64,000 bases of DNA from assembly GCA_963668625.2 (NCBI GenBank), contig CAXXKA010000006.1, forward strand, positions 576,001-640,000. The letters are read 5' to 3'. The stretch is from an uncultured candidate division Zixibacteria bacterium. Lineage in GTDB: Bacteria; Zixibacteria; MSB-5A5; UBA10806; 4484-95. The notes beneath the pieces were generated by a model, which was not told where the DNA came from, did no database searches, and was given only the letters and a program-made list of their open reading frames with translations. Position numbers and translations under genes: made by a program. Below, piece after piece: positions 18,436 to 27,614 of this stretch (position 1 is the first letter of the stretch; each line of letters starts with the position of its first letter).

Positions 18436-18924
18436 ATGAAAAATAAACTAAATAACAATGCGGGTTTTACATTAATCGAGGCGATGATTGTAGTCGTGAT
18501 TATTGGCATATTCGCATCAATGGCAGGCCCTTCATTTACCAACTACATCCCCAAGATGAAACTTCGCGCGGATGCCAGGGAGAAGACCAATTACCTCCGT
18601 CAAGCAAGGAGTCGGGCGATATCTGAAAATAGCCAGTACGGGGTATATTTTGATGACGGCTCGCATGAAATAGTGTTTTTTAAAGACCTGGTTAATCCGG
18701 AAATGGCAACTTACGATGAAGGTGGCGATTCTTTAGTAATCGATCCAGTTGCCTGCGAAACGAATGTGATATTTAACAATAATACATTTACTAATGGTGC
18801 GGTGGTGTTTTTCTCAAACGGCTCGGCCTCATCCTCGGGGCAAATCGATCTGGAAGATTCCGAAACAGGTGATAGTTTCACTATAGATGTGTTAGCCTCG
18901 ACCGGCCGAATAAAACTTCGATAG
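18436..18924 (+). CDS. FimT/GspH-type prepilin
   Basis: G|FTLIE methylation motif, ARSRAI, F.SNG, TGRIK C-terminus. Confidence 0.85.
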   Translation: MKNKLNNNAGFTLIEAMIVVVIIGIFASMAGPSFTNYIPKMKLRADAREKTNYLRQARSRAISENSQYGVYFDDGSHEIVFFKDLVNPEMATYDEGGDSLVIDPVACETNVIFNNNTFTNGAVVFFSNGSASSSGQIDLEDSETGDSFTIDVLASTGRIKLR

Positions 18925-18946
18925 CCTTTTAAAAATCCAAACATCG

Positions 18947-18977
18947 AGCGGAGCTTAATGATTAAGCTCCGCTTTTT
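18947..18977 (+). terminator. Intrinsic terminator
   Basis: AGCGGAGCTTAAT-g-ATTAAGCTCCGCT followed by TTTT. Confidence 0.75.
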
Positions 18978-19185
18978 GGTTGATATATTCAGCATTATAT
19001 GCAATCTTTTTACATCTTTTAATATTTGCGTTTTTTTTCAGTTAAATTGTTAACTTTCTAAAATGATAGACGATAATAACTTTGACGATGATAACTCACG
19101 GTATTAATTTTTCTTGACACTAAATATGGGTTATCATAGAATTGCACAGATTTATACTAAATAACGGGAAACAAAAGAGGCATTT

Positions 19186-20235
19186 ATGGCCTTTGGCAAA
19201 AAAACGAAGCTGGTGGTTGGCCTTGATATAGGAGCTAACTCTATTAAGCTTGTGAAGCTAAAACGAAAAACAGATAGCTTCCTGCTTAAAGCTCTTGCTA
19301 TAAAAGAGCTGCCGCTAGGTGTAATTACCGATGAAGAATTCAAGGATAGGGATGCAATCATTTTCGACATCCAGAGTTTGATTGATCAGACCGATCCGAA
19401 GATCAAAGAAGTAGCTGTCTCGATTTCGGGGCATGGTGTTATTACCGATAAGATCGTAATGGATAGGAAATCGGGCGCCGAGGCAGAGCAGGCTATTTTG
19501 TTCGAGACCGAGCAGAGAGCTCCTTTCGATGTCGAGGACGTCACTCTCGACTACCATATCATACGCGAGGATGAGGAGACTAACAAGATGGAGGTTCTGA
19601 TCGTGGCGGCACGAAACGAATTCCTGAAAAGTTTTCTTGATATTCTCATGGATGCCGGTTTGAAACCGGTGCTGGTTGATACTGACGCATTCGCTATATT
19701 GAATGCTTATACGATCAATTATGATATCGATCCCACGAGGGTAACAGCTCTGATTGATCTTGGTTTCGATGTAACGAATATTACATTCTTAAAAGATGGT
19801 TTATACCATTCTACTCGTGATGTTTCAAACGGTACTCGTTTGATTTTCGATGCCATATCCAAGGAGTTCCGCCTCAATCAGGAGATGACCGGCAAGGCTC
19901 TTCGGGGGGAGATGGACAGCTCGATTGACCAGGATATGTTCAAAGCCACGATCGTGACGGCCTCCGAGGAATTGATAGCCGGGCTTGAGGTGGCTATCTC
20001 CTATTTCAAGAACTCCTCGGGCGTTGATAAAATCGATTGGATCGTACTTTCCGGCGGCGGCGCTCTGGTGCCGTTCTTACCGGAACTGTTACAAACAAAA
20101 TTGAGCATCCCGATCGAGATTTGCAATCCGCTGAGGAATATCGAGTACGATCCTGATATGTTCGTGGAATTCCAACCGGAGAAAGTCGCTCCGCTGTTGG
20201 CTGTACCCGTAGGTTTGGCGGCCAGAGGATTATAA
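19186..20235 (+). CDS. pilM: Type IV pilus assembly protein PilM
   Basis: VGLDIG..SIK, LDYHI, IDLG, LSGGGA, NPL, GLAAR actin-like motifs. Confidence 0.92.
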   Translation: MAFGKKTKLVVGLDIGANSIKLVKLKRKTDSFLLKALAIKELPLGVITDEEFKDRDAIIFDIQSLIDQTDPKIKEVAVSISGHGVITDKIVMDRKSGAEAEQAILFETEQRAPFDVEDVTLDYHIIREDEETNKMEVLIVAARNEFLKSFLDILMDAGLKPVLVDTDAFAILNAYTINYDIDPTRVTALIDLGFDVTNITFLKDGLYHSTRDVSNGTRLIFDAISKEFRLNQEMTGKALRGEMDSSIDQDMFKATIVTASEELIAGLEVAISYFKNSSGVDKIDWIVLSGGGALVPFLPELLQTKLSIPIEICNPLRNIEYDPDMFVEFQPEKVAPLLAVPVGLAARGL

Positions 20236-20237
20236 TC

Positions 20238-20912
20238 ATGATAAAAATTAATCTATTACCGAAAGAATACCAGAAGAAAAGATTCAGTATCGCCCTGGAA
20301 AAAAATTCACTTTACGTGATTGGCGGTGGTATTTCACTACTGATTCTTTTATTCGCTTATTCGATGTTTTTCCAGATTATTCCGGCCGGCTCGTTGGATA
20401 AGAAAATCGCGGATGCGCGTAAAGAGGCGGCCAACTACGATTCCGAGATAAAGTTGGTGAATCAGCTCAATGCTCAGAAAGATTTGATCCTTACGCGTAT
20501 GGAAACAATCAGGCGTCTCGATCGTAATCGTGAAGCCTGGGTTAAAACCATCAGCGACCTGGGATCACGACTTACCGATTATCTCTGGTTAACGCGGTTT
20601 GGCGTTTCCGGCGGCAGTGATAAAGGTGGCGCCGGTCAGGCTTCGGCAGGAGTGACCGTAATAGAGGGACAATCGTTTTCGATCAATAGCCTGGCAACAT
20701 TTATTATCAGGCTGAAAAGATCGCCGCATCTTAATAATGTGAATTTAGTTTCGGTTCTGCTCGAAGAAGATCAAGCGGAAGGCGAAGGAGCCGAGCCTTA
20801 CGAGGCTTACCATTTCGTGATAAATTGTGAGTTGGTACTGGAGGGCATGGATGCTGTCCAGAAAGATAGTAAAGCATCAGCCGATAAGCTGGCTGCCGGG
20901 TCTGAATTTTAA
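20238..20912 (+). CDS. pilN: Type IV pilus assembly protein PilN
   Basis: MIKINLLP PilM-binding motif, TM, coiled coil, LWLT. Confidence 0.88.
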   Translation: MIKINLLPKEYQKKRFSIALEKNSLYVIGGGISLLILLFAYSMFFQIIPAGSLDKKIADARKEAANYDSEIKLVNQLNAQKDLILTRMETIRRLDRNREAWVKTISDLGSRLTDYLWLTRFGVSGGSDKGGAGQASAGVTVIEGQSFSINSLATFIIRLKRSPHLNNVNLVSVLLEEDQAEGEGAEPYEAYHFVINCELVLEGMDAVQKDSKASADKLAAGSEF

Positions 20913-20953
20913 TATAATCTCACCTGGTCCAAGAATCCTGTGGGAGGGGATGT

Positions 20954-21571
20954 ATGGATTTTAGAGACCCTAAAAATCAAGTTTTAGTTTTGATTGTTTT
21001 CGTCTTCTTAGCGTTGATATATGTATGGTATTCTCAACTCTATACTCCATACTCTGAACAACTGGTTCAGAAGAAAACTCAATACCAGAAATTATCCTCC
21101 GACCTCTTCGCAGTCCGTCAAAAAGCCGAAAGCTTAGAGGGTTTGCAGAGAGATGTTGAATTGCAGCGGGCTAGATACGAAAAGGTAAAGCTCTGGCTGC
21201 CCGAGGTAAAAGAGGACGAAGCATTTCTTCATCAAATACACATGGCCGAGCAGAGCACTAATTCAGCGATAATCAACATTGCTCCGCAAACGCCGACACC
21301 GCACGAATTTTATACCGCGAACACTTATGTTATCGAACTCGAGTCGACTTATAATGGCTTGGGCAAGTTCTTCGAGAAAGTCGTGAATTTCCCGTTTATC
21401 GTGAACATATCGGATGTCACATTGCTTTCTCGTGCCGAAAGGATGAATAAGGGTGGTAATCTGGGCGAGAGAAAGCGCAGTGACCTGGTAGTGGTCGCGA
21501 CATTCAAATTGACTACATATAATACTCAACCCGCCGATTTGGTACAAAATACAGGAGGTCAAACGAAATGA
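20954..21571 (+). CDS. pilO: Type IV pilus assembly protein PilO
   Basis: TM, coiled coil, WLP, Y..LGKFF; gene order. Confidence 0.85.
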   Translation: MDFRDPKNQVLVLIVFVFLALIYVWYSQLYTPYSEQLVQKKTQYQKLSSDLFAVRQKAESLEGLQRDVELQRARYEKVKLWLPEVKEDEAFLHQIHMAEQSTNSAIINIAPQTPTPHEFYTANTYVIELESTYNGLGKFFEKVVNFPFIVNISDVTLLSRAERMNKGGNLGERKRSDLVVVATFKLTTYNTQPADLVQNTGGQTK

Positions 21572-22413
21572 GGTTTTTAATTGGTTTGGCCGTCGTCCTT
21601 ATGAGCTTCAATGTAAGCCTGGCGGATATATTTCTAGATGATATCTCTGTCAGTAAACAGGGCGATTCGGTATCGATCGATATCAAAACAACCAAACCCT
21701 GTTTATACGAGCATTTCATGATAAAGGATGCTCCGGAGAAAATTGTTATAGACTTGCAGGGAACGACCAACAATTGGTCGAGGAAACGTTTCGAGGGATT
21801 ACCGTTTAAATCCATCGAGAAAATCAGGACGAGTCAGTTTCAGGTTAAACCCGCTTTAGTAACGAGGGTCGTGCTCGATATCAATCGCGCTATCGGTTAC
21901 AGGGTGGAGGAATTACCGATGGGAGTCAGGATAAAGATACCTGCCTCGAAAGATGAAACCGGATTTGCCCAATGGAATACTAACCAGAAAGTGCAACCGG
22001 TGAAGGTGGTCAATAAACCTAAACCCAAATCATCTCCGAAAAAACAATCAGCCGCCGGGCCAAAAAAGAGTTTGACCAAGGTTGATGATTTTCCGAAACG
22101 TAAGACTGTTAAATACAAACCGCTAACCTCCCGCGATCCGTTTAAAACCCTCGTCGGGAAGGGCGCGACGATAATGACCGGGCAGGTGCCATCGGTGGAA
22201 AACCTCGCTCTCGTGGGCGTATTCGATGATGATACCGGCTCCAAGGCTTTATTCGAGGACGCTGAAGGTAACGGTTTTATTCTAAAACCTAACGATCGTG
22301 TGCAGAACGGCTTTTTAGTGTCGATATATAAAGATAAAGCGATTTTCCAGATTACGGAATACGGCTGGACTAGAACTGTCGCTTTAAATTTGCAAATGCC
22401 AGAGTTAAAATAA
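21568..22413 (+). CDS. AMIN domain plus PilP-like C-terminal domain
   Basis: PEKIVIDL...IRTSQF...TRVVLD (AMIN), Lys-rich linker, RDPF...LVGV...ALFED..G (PilP-like). Confidence 0.7.
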   Translation: MRFLIGLAVVLMSFNVSLADIFLDDISVSKQGDSVSIDIKTTKPCLYEHFMIKDAPEKIVIDLQGTTNNWSRKRFEGLPFKSIEKIRTSQFQVKPALVTRVVLDINRAIGYRVEELPMGVRIKIPASKDETGFAQWNTNQKVQPVKVVNKPKPKSSPKKQSAAGPKKSLTKVDDFPKRKTVKYKPLTSRDPFKTLVGKGATIMTGQVPSVENLALVGVFDDDTGSKALFEDAEGNGFILKPNDRVQNGFLVSIYKDKAIFQITEYGWTRTVALNLQMPELK

Positions 22414-22426
22414 GGAGATTAAGCGC

Positions 22427-23776
22427 ATGAAAAATATTAGGGTGATAACAGCATTTATCTCAGCCGTAGCAATGGCGGCGTTGATCCTCTCCGGCGGCGG
22501 GATCCTATTCAGCCAGGAGATGGAGATGGGAGATGAGCAGAAAGTTGAAGAGCAGCGCCTGATCAAAACTCTATCTTTGACAAGCGCCGATATCCGTTCG
22601 GTCATGATGTATCTTTCGGCTTACAGCGATATCAATATCGTGGTTTCGCCAAAAGTTGATGCCGAAATAACCATGAATCTCGCTAACGTGACCTGGCGTC
22701 AAGCGCTCAATATTATCAACGATACATATGGTTTGGTAAGTGTAGAGGAAAACAACTATATCAGGGTAGTAAACGCCGGCGACTATTACGCGGAGAAACG
22801 GGCTTTAGAGCAATATAACTCCGAACAGGCGGCATTGAAAAATCTTCGCACGAGAATCGTCGGAGTAAAATATAACGTAGCCGCTGAAATATCAGAGGCC
22901 GTGGCAGGATTGATTTCACCCAGAGGTTCGGTGACCGTGGATGAGCGTACTAACGCTCTTATATTACGAGATCTGCCCGATAATCTCGACCGTGTTGAGG
23001 AACTGATTCAGGTGCTCGATAAAGAGACCAGGCAGATAAAAATCTCAGCCCAGCTTCTCGAGATCGAAAGCAGAACGCTGCGTGAGATCGGCGTTGACTG
23101 GCGCGTGCTAAACGGTACCGGTACTACATTATATGATCCTTTAGCTACCGGTGACGAGCCCACACCTTCCGAGTATTGGCCTTTCGGTGACTATACACAG
23201 AATTCGTCCTCGCAGATGGCCTCCGATGCTATCGGCGATTTCTATTTTCACAGAAAAGAAGGCGACTATCTTTTGAGTGCCGCTCTAAAGATGGCCGAGT
23301 CGACCAATAAGGTAAAAGTTATCGCTCACCCGGAGGTTACCACCGTTGATAACGTGGAAGCTTTCATTCAGATGGGGCAGAAGATTCCGATCAAGCAATT
23401 CGATCCCTCGGGCAATACGATTATTACATTCTATGATGTCGGCGTACAGCTTCGTGTCACACCGCATGTTACCTCGGAAAACAGGATTCTGTTGAATCTT
23501 AAACCCGAGCGCAGTTCGTACCAGTACGATCCTAACGGTGTTATTATTAACACTCAGAATGCCGAAACGAATGTCGTGGTCGATAACGGCCAGACTACGG
23601 TAATCGCCGGCTTGACCAAACAGGAAGAGCTGACGTTACGCGTCGGTATCCCGCTACTCAAGGACGTACCGGTACTCGGTTACCTTTTCAGCTATGATAA
23701 GAAAGAAGTTCAGAGTAACGATCTGGTGATATTCGTTACGCCTACGATTGTCGATGAGCAAATGGCTGGATTTTAA
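22427..23776 (+). CDS. pilQ: Type IV pilus secretin PilQ (no AMIN domains)
   Basis: VTVDERTNAL, QIKISAQ, GVQLRVTPHV, IPLLKDVPVLGYLF, LVIFVTPTIV. Confidence 0.88.
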   Translation: MKNIRVITAFISAVAMAALILSGGGILFSQEMEMGDEQKVEEQRLIKTLSLTSADIRSVMMYLSAYSDINIVVSPKVDAEITMNLANVTWRQALNIINDTYGLVSVEENNYIRVVNAGDYYAEKRALEQYNSEQAALKNLRTRIVGVKYNVAAEISEAVAGLISPRGSVTVDERTNALILRDLPDNLDRVEELIQVLDKETRQIKISAQLLEIESRTLREIGVDWRVLNGTGTTLYDPLATGDEPTPSEYWPFGDYTQNSSSQMASDAIGDFYFHRKEGDYLLSAALKMAESTNKVKVIAHPEVTTVDNVEAFIQMGQKIPIKQFDPSGNTIITFYDVGVQLRVTPHVTSENRILLNLKPERSSYQYDPNGVIINTQNAETNVVVDNGQTTVIAGLTKQEELTLRVGIPLLKDVPVLGYLFSYDKKEVQSNDLVIFVTPTIVDEQMAGF

Positions 23777-23799
23777 GAGCAGTCTATAGAAGAATTTAG

Positions 23800-23827
23800 A
23801 AACCCCGGTTTTGCGCCGGGGTTTTTT
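23800..23827 (+). terminator. Intrinsic terminator
   Basis: AAACCCCGG-ttttgcg-CCGGGGTTT followed by Ts. Confidence 0.75.
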
Positions 23828-23959
23828 ATTGGTACTAAAAGACACCGTTTTAACCGGTGTGTCCGTTTGAGGCGAAGCATTTGTAGAAAGTTTTATTATT
23901 AACAGCAACGATTGAGGCTCTAACTAGTGGCACTATTTTATATCTGTCCTTACCTTGTA

Positions 23960-24061
23960 GGGGGTTGTTGATAAAGTCCTTGTTGGATGACGGTGGTGTC
24001 AGGAATCCATTCCTGACACCTGATTTCATGCAGCATGTCGCCGGGAAAGGATGAATAAAAG
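23960..24061 (-). mobile_element. Truncated empty copy of the MITE with its REP hairpin
   Basis: GGGGTTGTTGATAAAGTCC end; hairpin GGTGTCAGGAA-tcca-TTCCTGACACC (23995-24020); the remainder matches the reverse complement of 4681-4729. Confidence 0.8.
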
Positions 24062-24114
24062 CCTGAGGATACCTTCACGCTCCCTATGGTTTTCTGGATG
24101 ATTTCGACTGGATA

Positions 24115-25071
24115 CTAAATAAGAAAGTTGCCGTCTTTCATTAGCTGTTTGTCATCGAGCCAGAATGACGGATGTTTTATTATGCCATCCAGATGTGATT
24201 TAACCGATACGCTGCCGCCCATCGATTCATTATTGCCTATAGCCAGATGAATCGTGCCTTTTACTTTCTCATCCTCGAGTATAGAGCCGCAAAGTATGGC
24301 CTCGTGGTTAGTACCGATGCCGAATTCGGCTAAATTGTTAGCATCTTTGCCATGAGGTTCCAGCAATTTCATGAGTTGATCGGCTTTGTAACCCTCGTAT
24401 TTTATGGCATAACCATTCTTGAATGTAATGGTAAGCGGTTCCTCGGTGATACCGATACCGGCCATGGAACCATCCACGACCAATACACCGTTACCGCTAC
24501 CCTCGACCGGCGCTAAAAACACCTCACCGGCCGGCAGGTTGCCAAAATCGCCGGGATTGATAATCAGACCGTTATCATTGATCAGCTTTCTGCCGGTAAT
24601 TTCGAACGATATATCGGTTCCGGCGGTGGAGGTTATTTTCACCTGTTTGGCTTTGTCCAGGTGGCTTATCAGTTTTTTCCCAAGTTCATCTATCGTCTCA
24701 TAATCGGCGTTCATCGAACGCGTGAATGTTTCCTCGAGAATGCCGGGCAGCATGGTGGCAGCTCTTACTCCGGCCTCGCAGGCCTCGCGCCGGGCGGTGG
24801 TATGAGAGATAGACATAGTCATCGGGGCGATTATGGCATCGAATTTTTTCATGTACTCCGGCAGCGGATCCGGCGGCTCGGTACCGTGGGTTCCGGCTAT
24901 CGGAATTCGCACGAGCTGAACATTTGCGCCTGTCTCCTCGGCGGCATCGAATAAAGCCCAGGCTATAGATAGCTTATTGATATCGGTTATAATCAGGAAT
25001 TTTTCGCCTTTTCGGATATTCAGGCAGGCCAGGGTATTTCTCGCCGGCTCGATATATTTATGAGAGGGCAT
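24115..25071 (-). CDS. Aminopeptidase (M29/thermophilic metalloprotease-like)
   Basis: GNLPAGEVF.AP, LAEFGIGTN, EDEKVKGTIHLAIG, HLDG motifs. Confidence 0.85.
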   Translation of the reverse strand: MPSHKYIEPARNTLACLNIRKGEKFLIITDINKLSIAWALFDAAEETGANVQLVRIPIAGTHGTEPPDPLPEYMKKFDAIIAPMTMSISHTTARREACEAGVRAATMLPGILEETFTRSMNADYETIDELGKKLISHLDKAKQVKITSTAGTDISFEITGRKLINDNGLIINPGDFGNLPAGEVFLAPVEGSGNGVLVVDGSMAGIGITEEPLTITFKNGYAIKYEGYKADQLMKLLEPHGKDANNLAEFGIGTNHEAILCGSILEDEKVKGTIHLAIGNNESMGGSVSVKSHLDGIIKHPSFWLDDKQLMKDGNFLI

Positions 25072-25149
25072 AGGTATCTCCTTCGGATTTATTATTTATC
25101 GACTGTTTTGAATATAGAAAATATAGGCAAACGATTTTTGTTCCGTGTA

Positions 25150-27153
25150 TTAATTCTTTGCTGTCTTGAACAGATGCCAGCAGAGAACGATGAACACCGC
25201 GGTTGCTATTACCATACTGATGATTTCACCTGTTGAATTAGCCCAGAACCGGCCAATGAGATGCCGCATCGAATCGAGCAGGAATATCTTCTCACCGGCA
25301 GAATCCGCACCTACCGGGATTACAGCAGTAGCCGCCAACAATACGCCTACCAGCCCGAAACCAGCCACCAATCCGGAGGAATACAAAACGCCGTTATCGG
25401 AATCGGATGTTTTGCCACCAGCCAATTTATCACGGTAATGACGGATCAGTCCACCGACGAATATCGGAGTAGTTGTCTCGAGAGGCAGGTACAGACCGAC
25501 CGCGGCCGGCAGTGACGGTATCTTGAAAATCTCGAATATCGCGGCAATACCTGCGCCGATTGCCACCAATATCCAGGGGATATTTTGATCGATAACGCCG
25601 CGGACTACGAAACTCATGAGTGTGGCCTGTGGCGCGGCGAGTTCGGCTTTGCCGTTTATCGGCGAGGGCGCCTCGGCGAAACCATAGGCATGATACAGAG
25701 CAATTAAAGTGAAACCCAGCACGGCGGCGGAGGTTAGCGTGCCGATGAACTCGCCTATTTGCTGTTTGCTGGGAGTGGCGCCGATAAGGAAACCGGTTTT
25801 CAAATCCTGTGAGGTATCGCCGGATGTACAGGCGGCCATACAGACAACCGCGCCTATTGTCAGGGCGGCGATTTTCGCCCAGTCGCCGGTCATACCGAAC
25901 ATCACGAATATTATAGCGGTACCAAGCAGGGTGGCAATTGTCATGCCCGATACGGGGGAGGAGGTAGAGCCGACCAGCCCGACTATTCGGGAGGCAACGG
26001 TCACGAAGAAGAACGAGAATATCACGACCAATATCGAGGCTAACGCCGCCGAACCGACAGTCATATTTTCCAGGCCGAAGAACATTGCTATTGCCAGTAT
26101 GATAATCACTATGATTGAAATCCAGAGAACCAGCTTGATTGGCAGATCTCTATCGGTACGTTTGGTTGAGGAGGTATCCACACCTTTCATCATTTGTCTC
26201 GCGCCTAATTTGAACGATTCGATGATGGTCGGTATGGATTTGATAAGTGTAATAATGCCACCGAAAGCTACGGCCCCGGCGCCGATGAACCTGATGAAAT
26301 AATGCCAGATATCATCCGCGCTCAAGGCGGCAATGCTGTCGATATCGTTGGCCTGTTTAACCGAATCGAGAAAGCCGAGGCTGTCACCGAAATAGGCTAG
26401 AAGCGGAATCAGTAAAAACCAGGATATGGCTCCGCCGATTACCATGATGGTGGAGATATAGCGTTTCAAGATATAGCCGACTCCAAGCAGGGCCGGATTT
26501 ACCTCGAGTGAAACCACCATGCTTTTTATGAATACTACGGGAAATCTTATGGTCCCAGCGAACATACTGAAACCGGCCCTGGCCAATTCCATCAGCGCGC
26601 CGATACCCAATCCGACGAATACGTGACGGGCGGAGGCGCCACCGATATCGGCTGACTTTATCACCTCGGCACAGGCTGTGCCCTCTGGGAACGGCAGGTT
26701 GCCGTGTTCGCGTTTTATCAGGTACTGGCGAAGAGGTATCATGAACGTAACGCCGAGTATACCGCCGATAGCGGCCACGATAGTAATGGTTATAACTTGC
26801 ATTCCGTAGGTGGCATCCCAGCCGAGCATGAACATGGCGGGAATGGTGAAAATCACGCCGGCCGCCAGAGATTCCCCGGCCGAACCGATAGTCTGCGCCA
26901 TGTTGGTTTCGAGCGGGCTGCCTTTTTTTGCTTTAAAAAACTTGTGCAGCGTCGTGAATACAGCTACGGACATCACCGAAACAGGAATGGAAGCCGAGAT
27001 AGTCAAACCGGATATCAAACCTACATAAGCGTTTGCCCAGGCGAATAAAATGCCCAGGGATGTTCCAATGATTATTGCTTTAACCGTAATTTCGGCTCGA
27101 TTCTCATTATGTTTGATATAAGGTTGGTAATTATCGCCGTTTGATGATGCCAT
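25150..27153 (-). CDS. OPT family oligopeptide transporter
   Basis: GLTISASIP, LPFPEGTACAEV, SSPVSGMTI, SQDLKTG, APQATLM. Confidence 0.93.
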   Translation of the reverse strand: MASSNGDNYQPYIKHNENRAEITVKAIIIGTSLGILFAWANAYVGLISGLTISASIPVSVMSVAVFTTLHKFFKAKKGSPLETNMAQTIGSAGESLAAGVIFTIPAMFMLGWDATYGMQVITITIVAAIGGILGVTFMIPLRQYLIKREHGNLPFPEGTACAEVIKSADIGGASARHVFVGLGIGALMELARAGFSMFAGTIRFPVVFIKSMVVSLEVNPALLGVGYILKRYISTIMVIGGAISWFLLIPLLAYFGDSLGFLDSVKQANDIDSIAALSADDIWHYFIRFIGAGAVAFGGIITLIKSIPTIIESFKLGARQMMKGVDTSSTKRTDRDLPIKLVLWISIIVIIILAIAMFFGLENMTVGSAALASILVVIFSFFFVTVASRIVGLVGSTSSPVSGMTIATLLGTAIIFVMFGMTGDWAKIAALTIGAVVCMAACTSGDTSQDLKTGFLIGATPSKQQIGEFIGTLTSAAVLGFTLIALYHAYGFAEAPSPINGKAELAAPQATLMSFVVRGVIDQNIPWILVAIGAGIAAIFEIFKIPSLPAAVGLYLPLETTTPIFVGGLIRHYRDKLAGGKTSDSDNGVLYSSGLVAGFGLVGVLLAATAVIPVGADSAGEKIFLLDSMRHLIGRFWANSTGEIISMVIATAVFIVLCWHLFKTAKN

Positions 27154-27614
27154 GTAACCTCCTAAAGCGACAGGCTATTAGAATTAAGCTGCTCGGCAGT
27201 AAGTTTATTTCTTTTAGGTATGACAGTCAAGCGAAAAGCCGGGGGGAATGCTGGGGGCAATGAAGGTGATAGTGCTTTGCTATAAATATCGTGGATAGAG
27301 TACGCCATCGCGCTTCAACAGGTTGAGCCGTAAATTATGGTTTAAGGCGAGGATGCCTGCTTGCCGCGAAAGTAGAAGGGGGCTCATACGCAGCTATAAG
27401 TATTTATCAATTAAACAATTATTTTTAAGTACACCTTTATTGTTCTCAATATAAATTAATTAGGTTATAGGTATTATATGCATTGAAAAGATATAAATAT
27501 TATTTGCGCCGGGATGAAATATATACTAACTTTAGTTGTATATATTAAGAGAACATTAATGATGGATGCCGACAGTATGCCGGTGTAGGATAAATAGAAG
27601 CAGGAAGCTTGCCT

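Noticed and set aside
27160-27600. Possible riboswitch in the OPT/secreted-protein divergent spacer (also 11040-11160)
   Set aside because: No recognisable aptamer consensus by eye; would need an Rfam scan.
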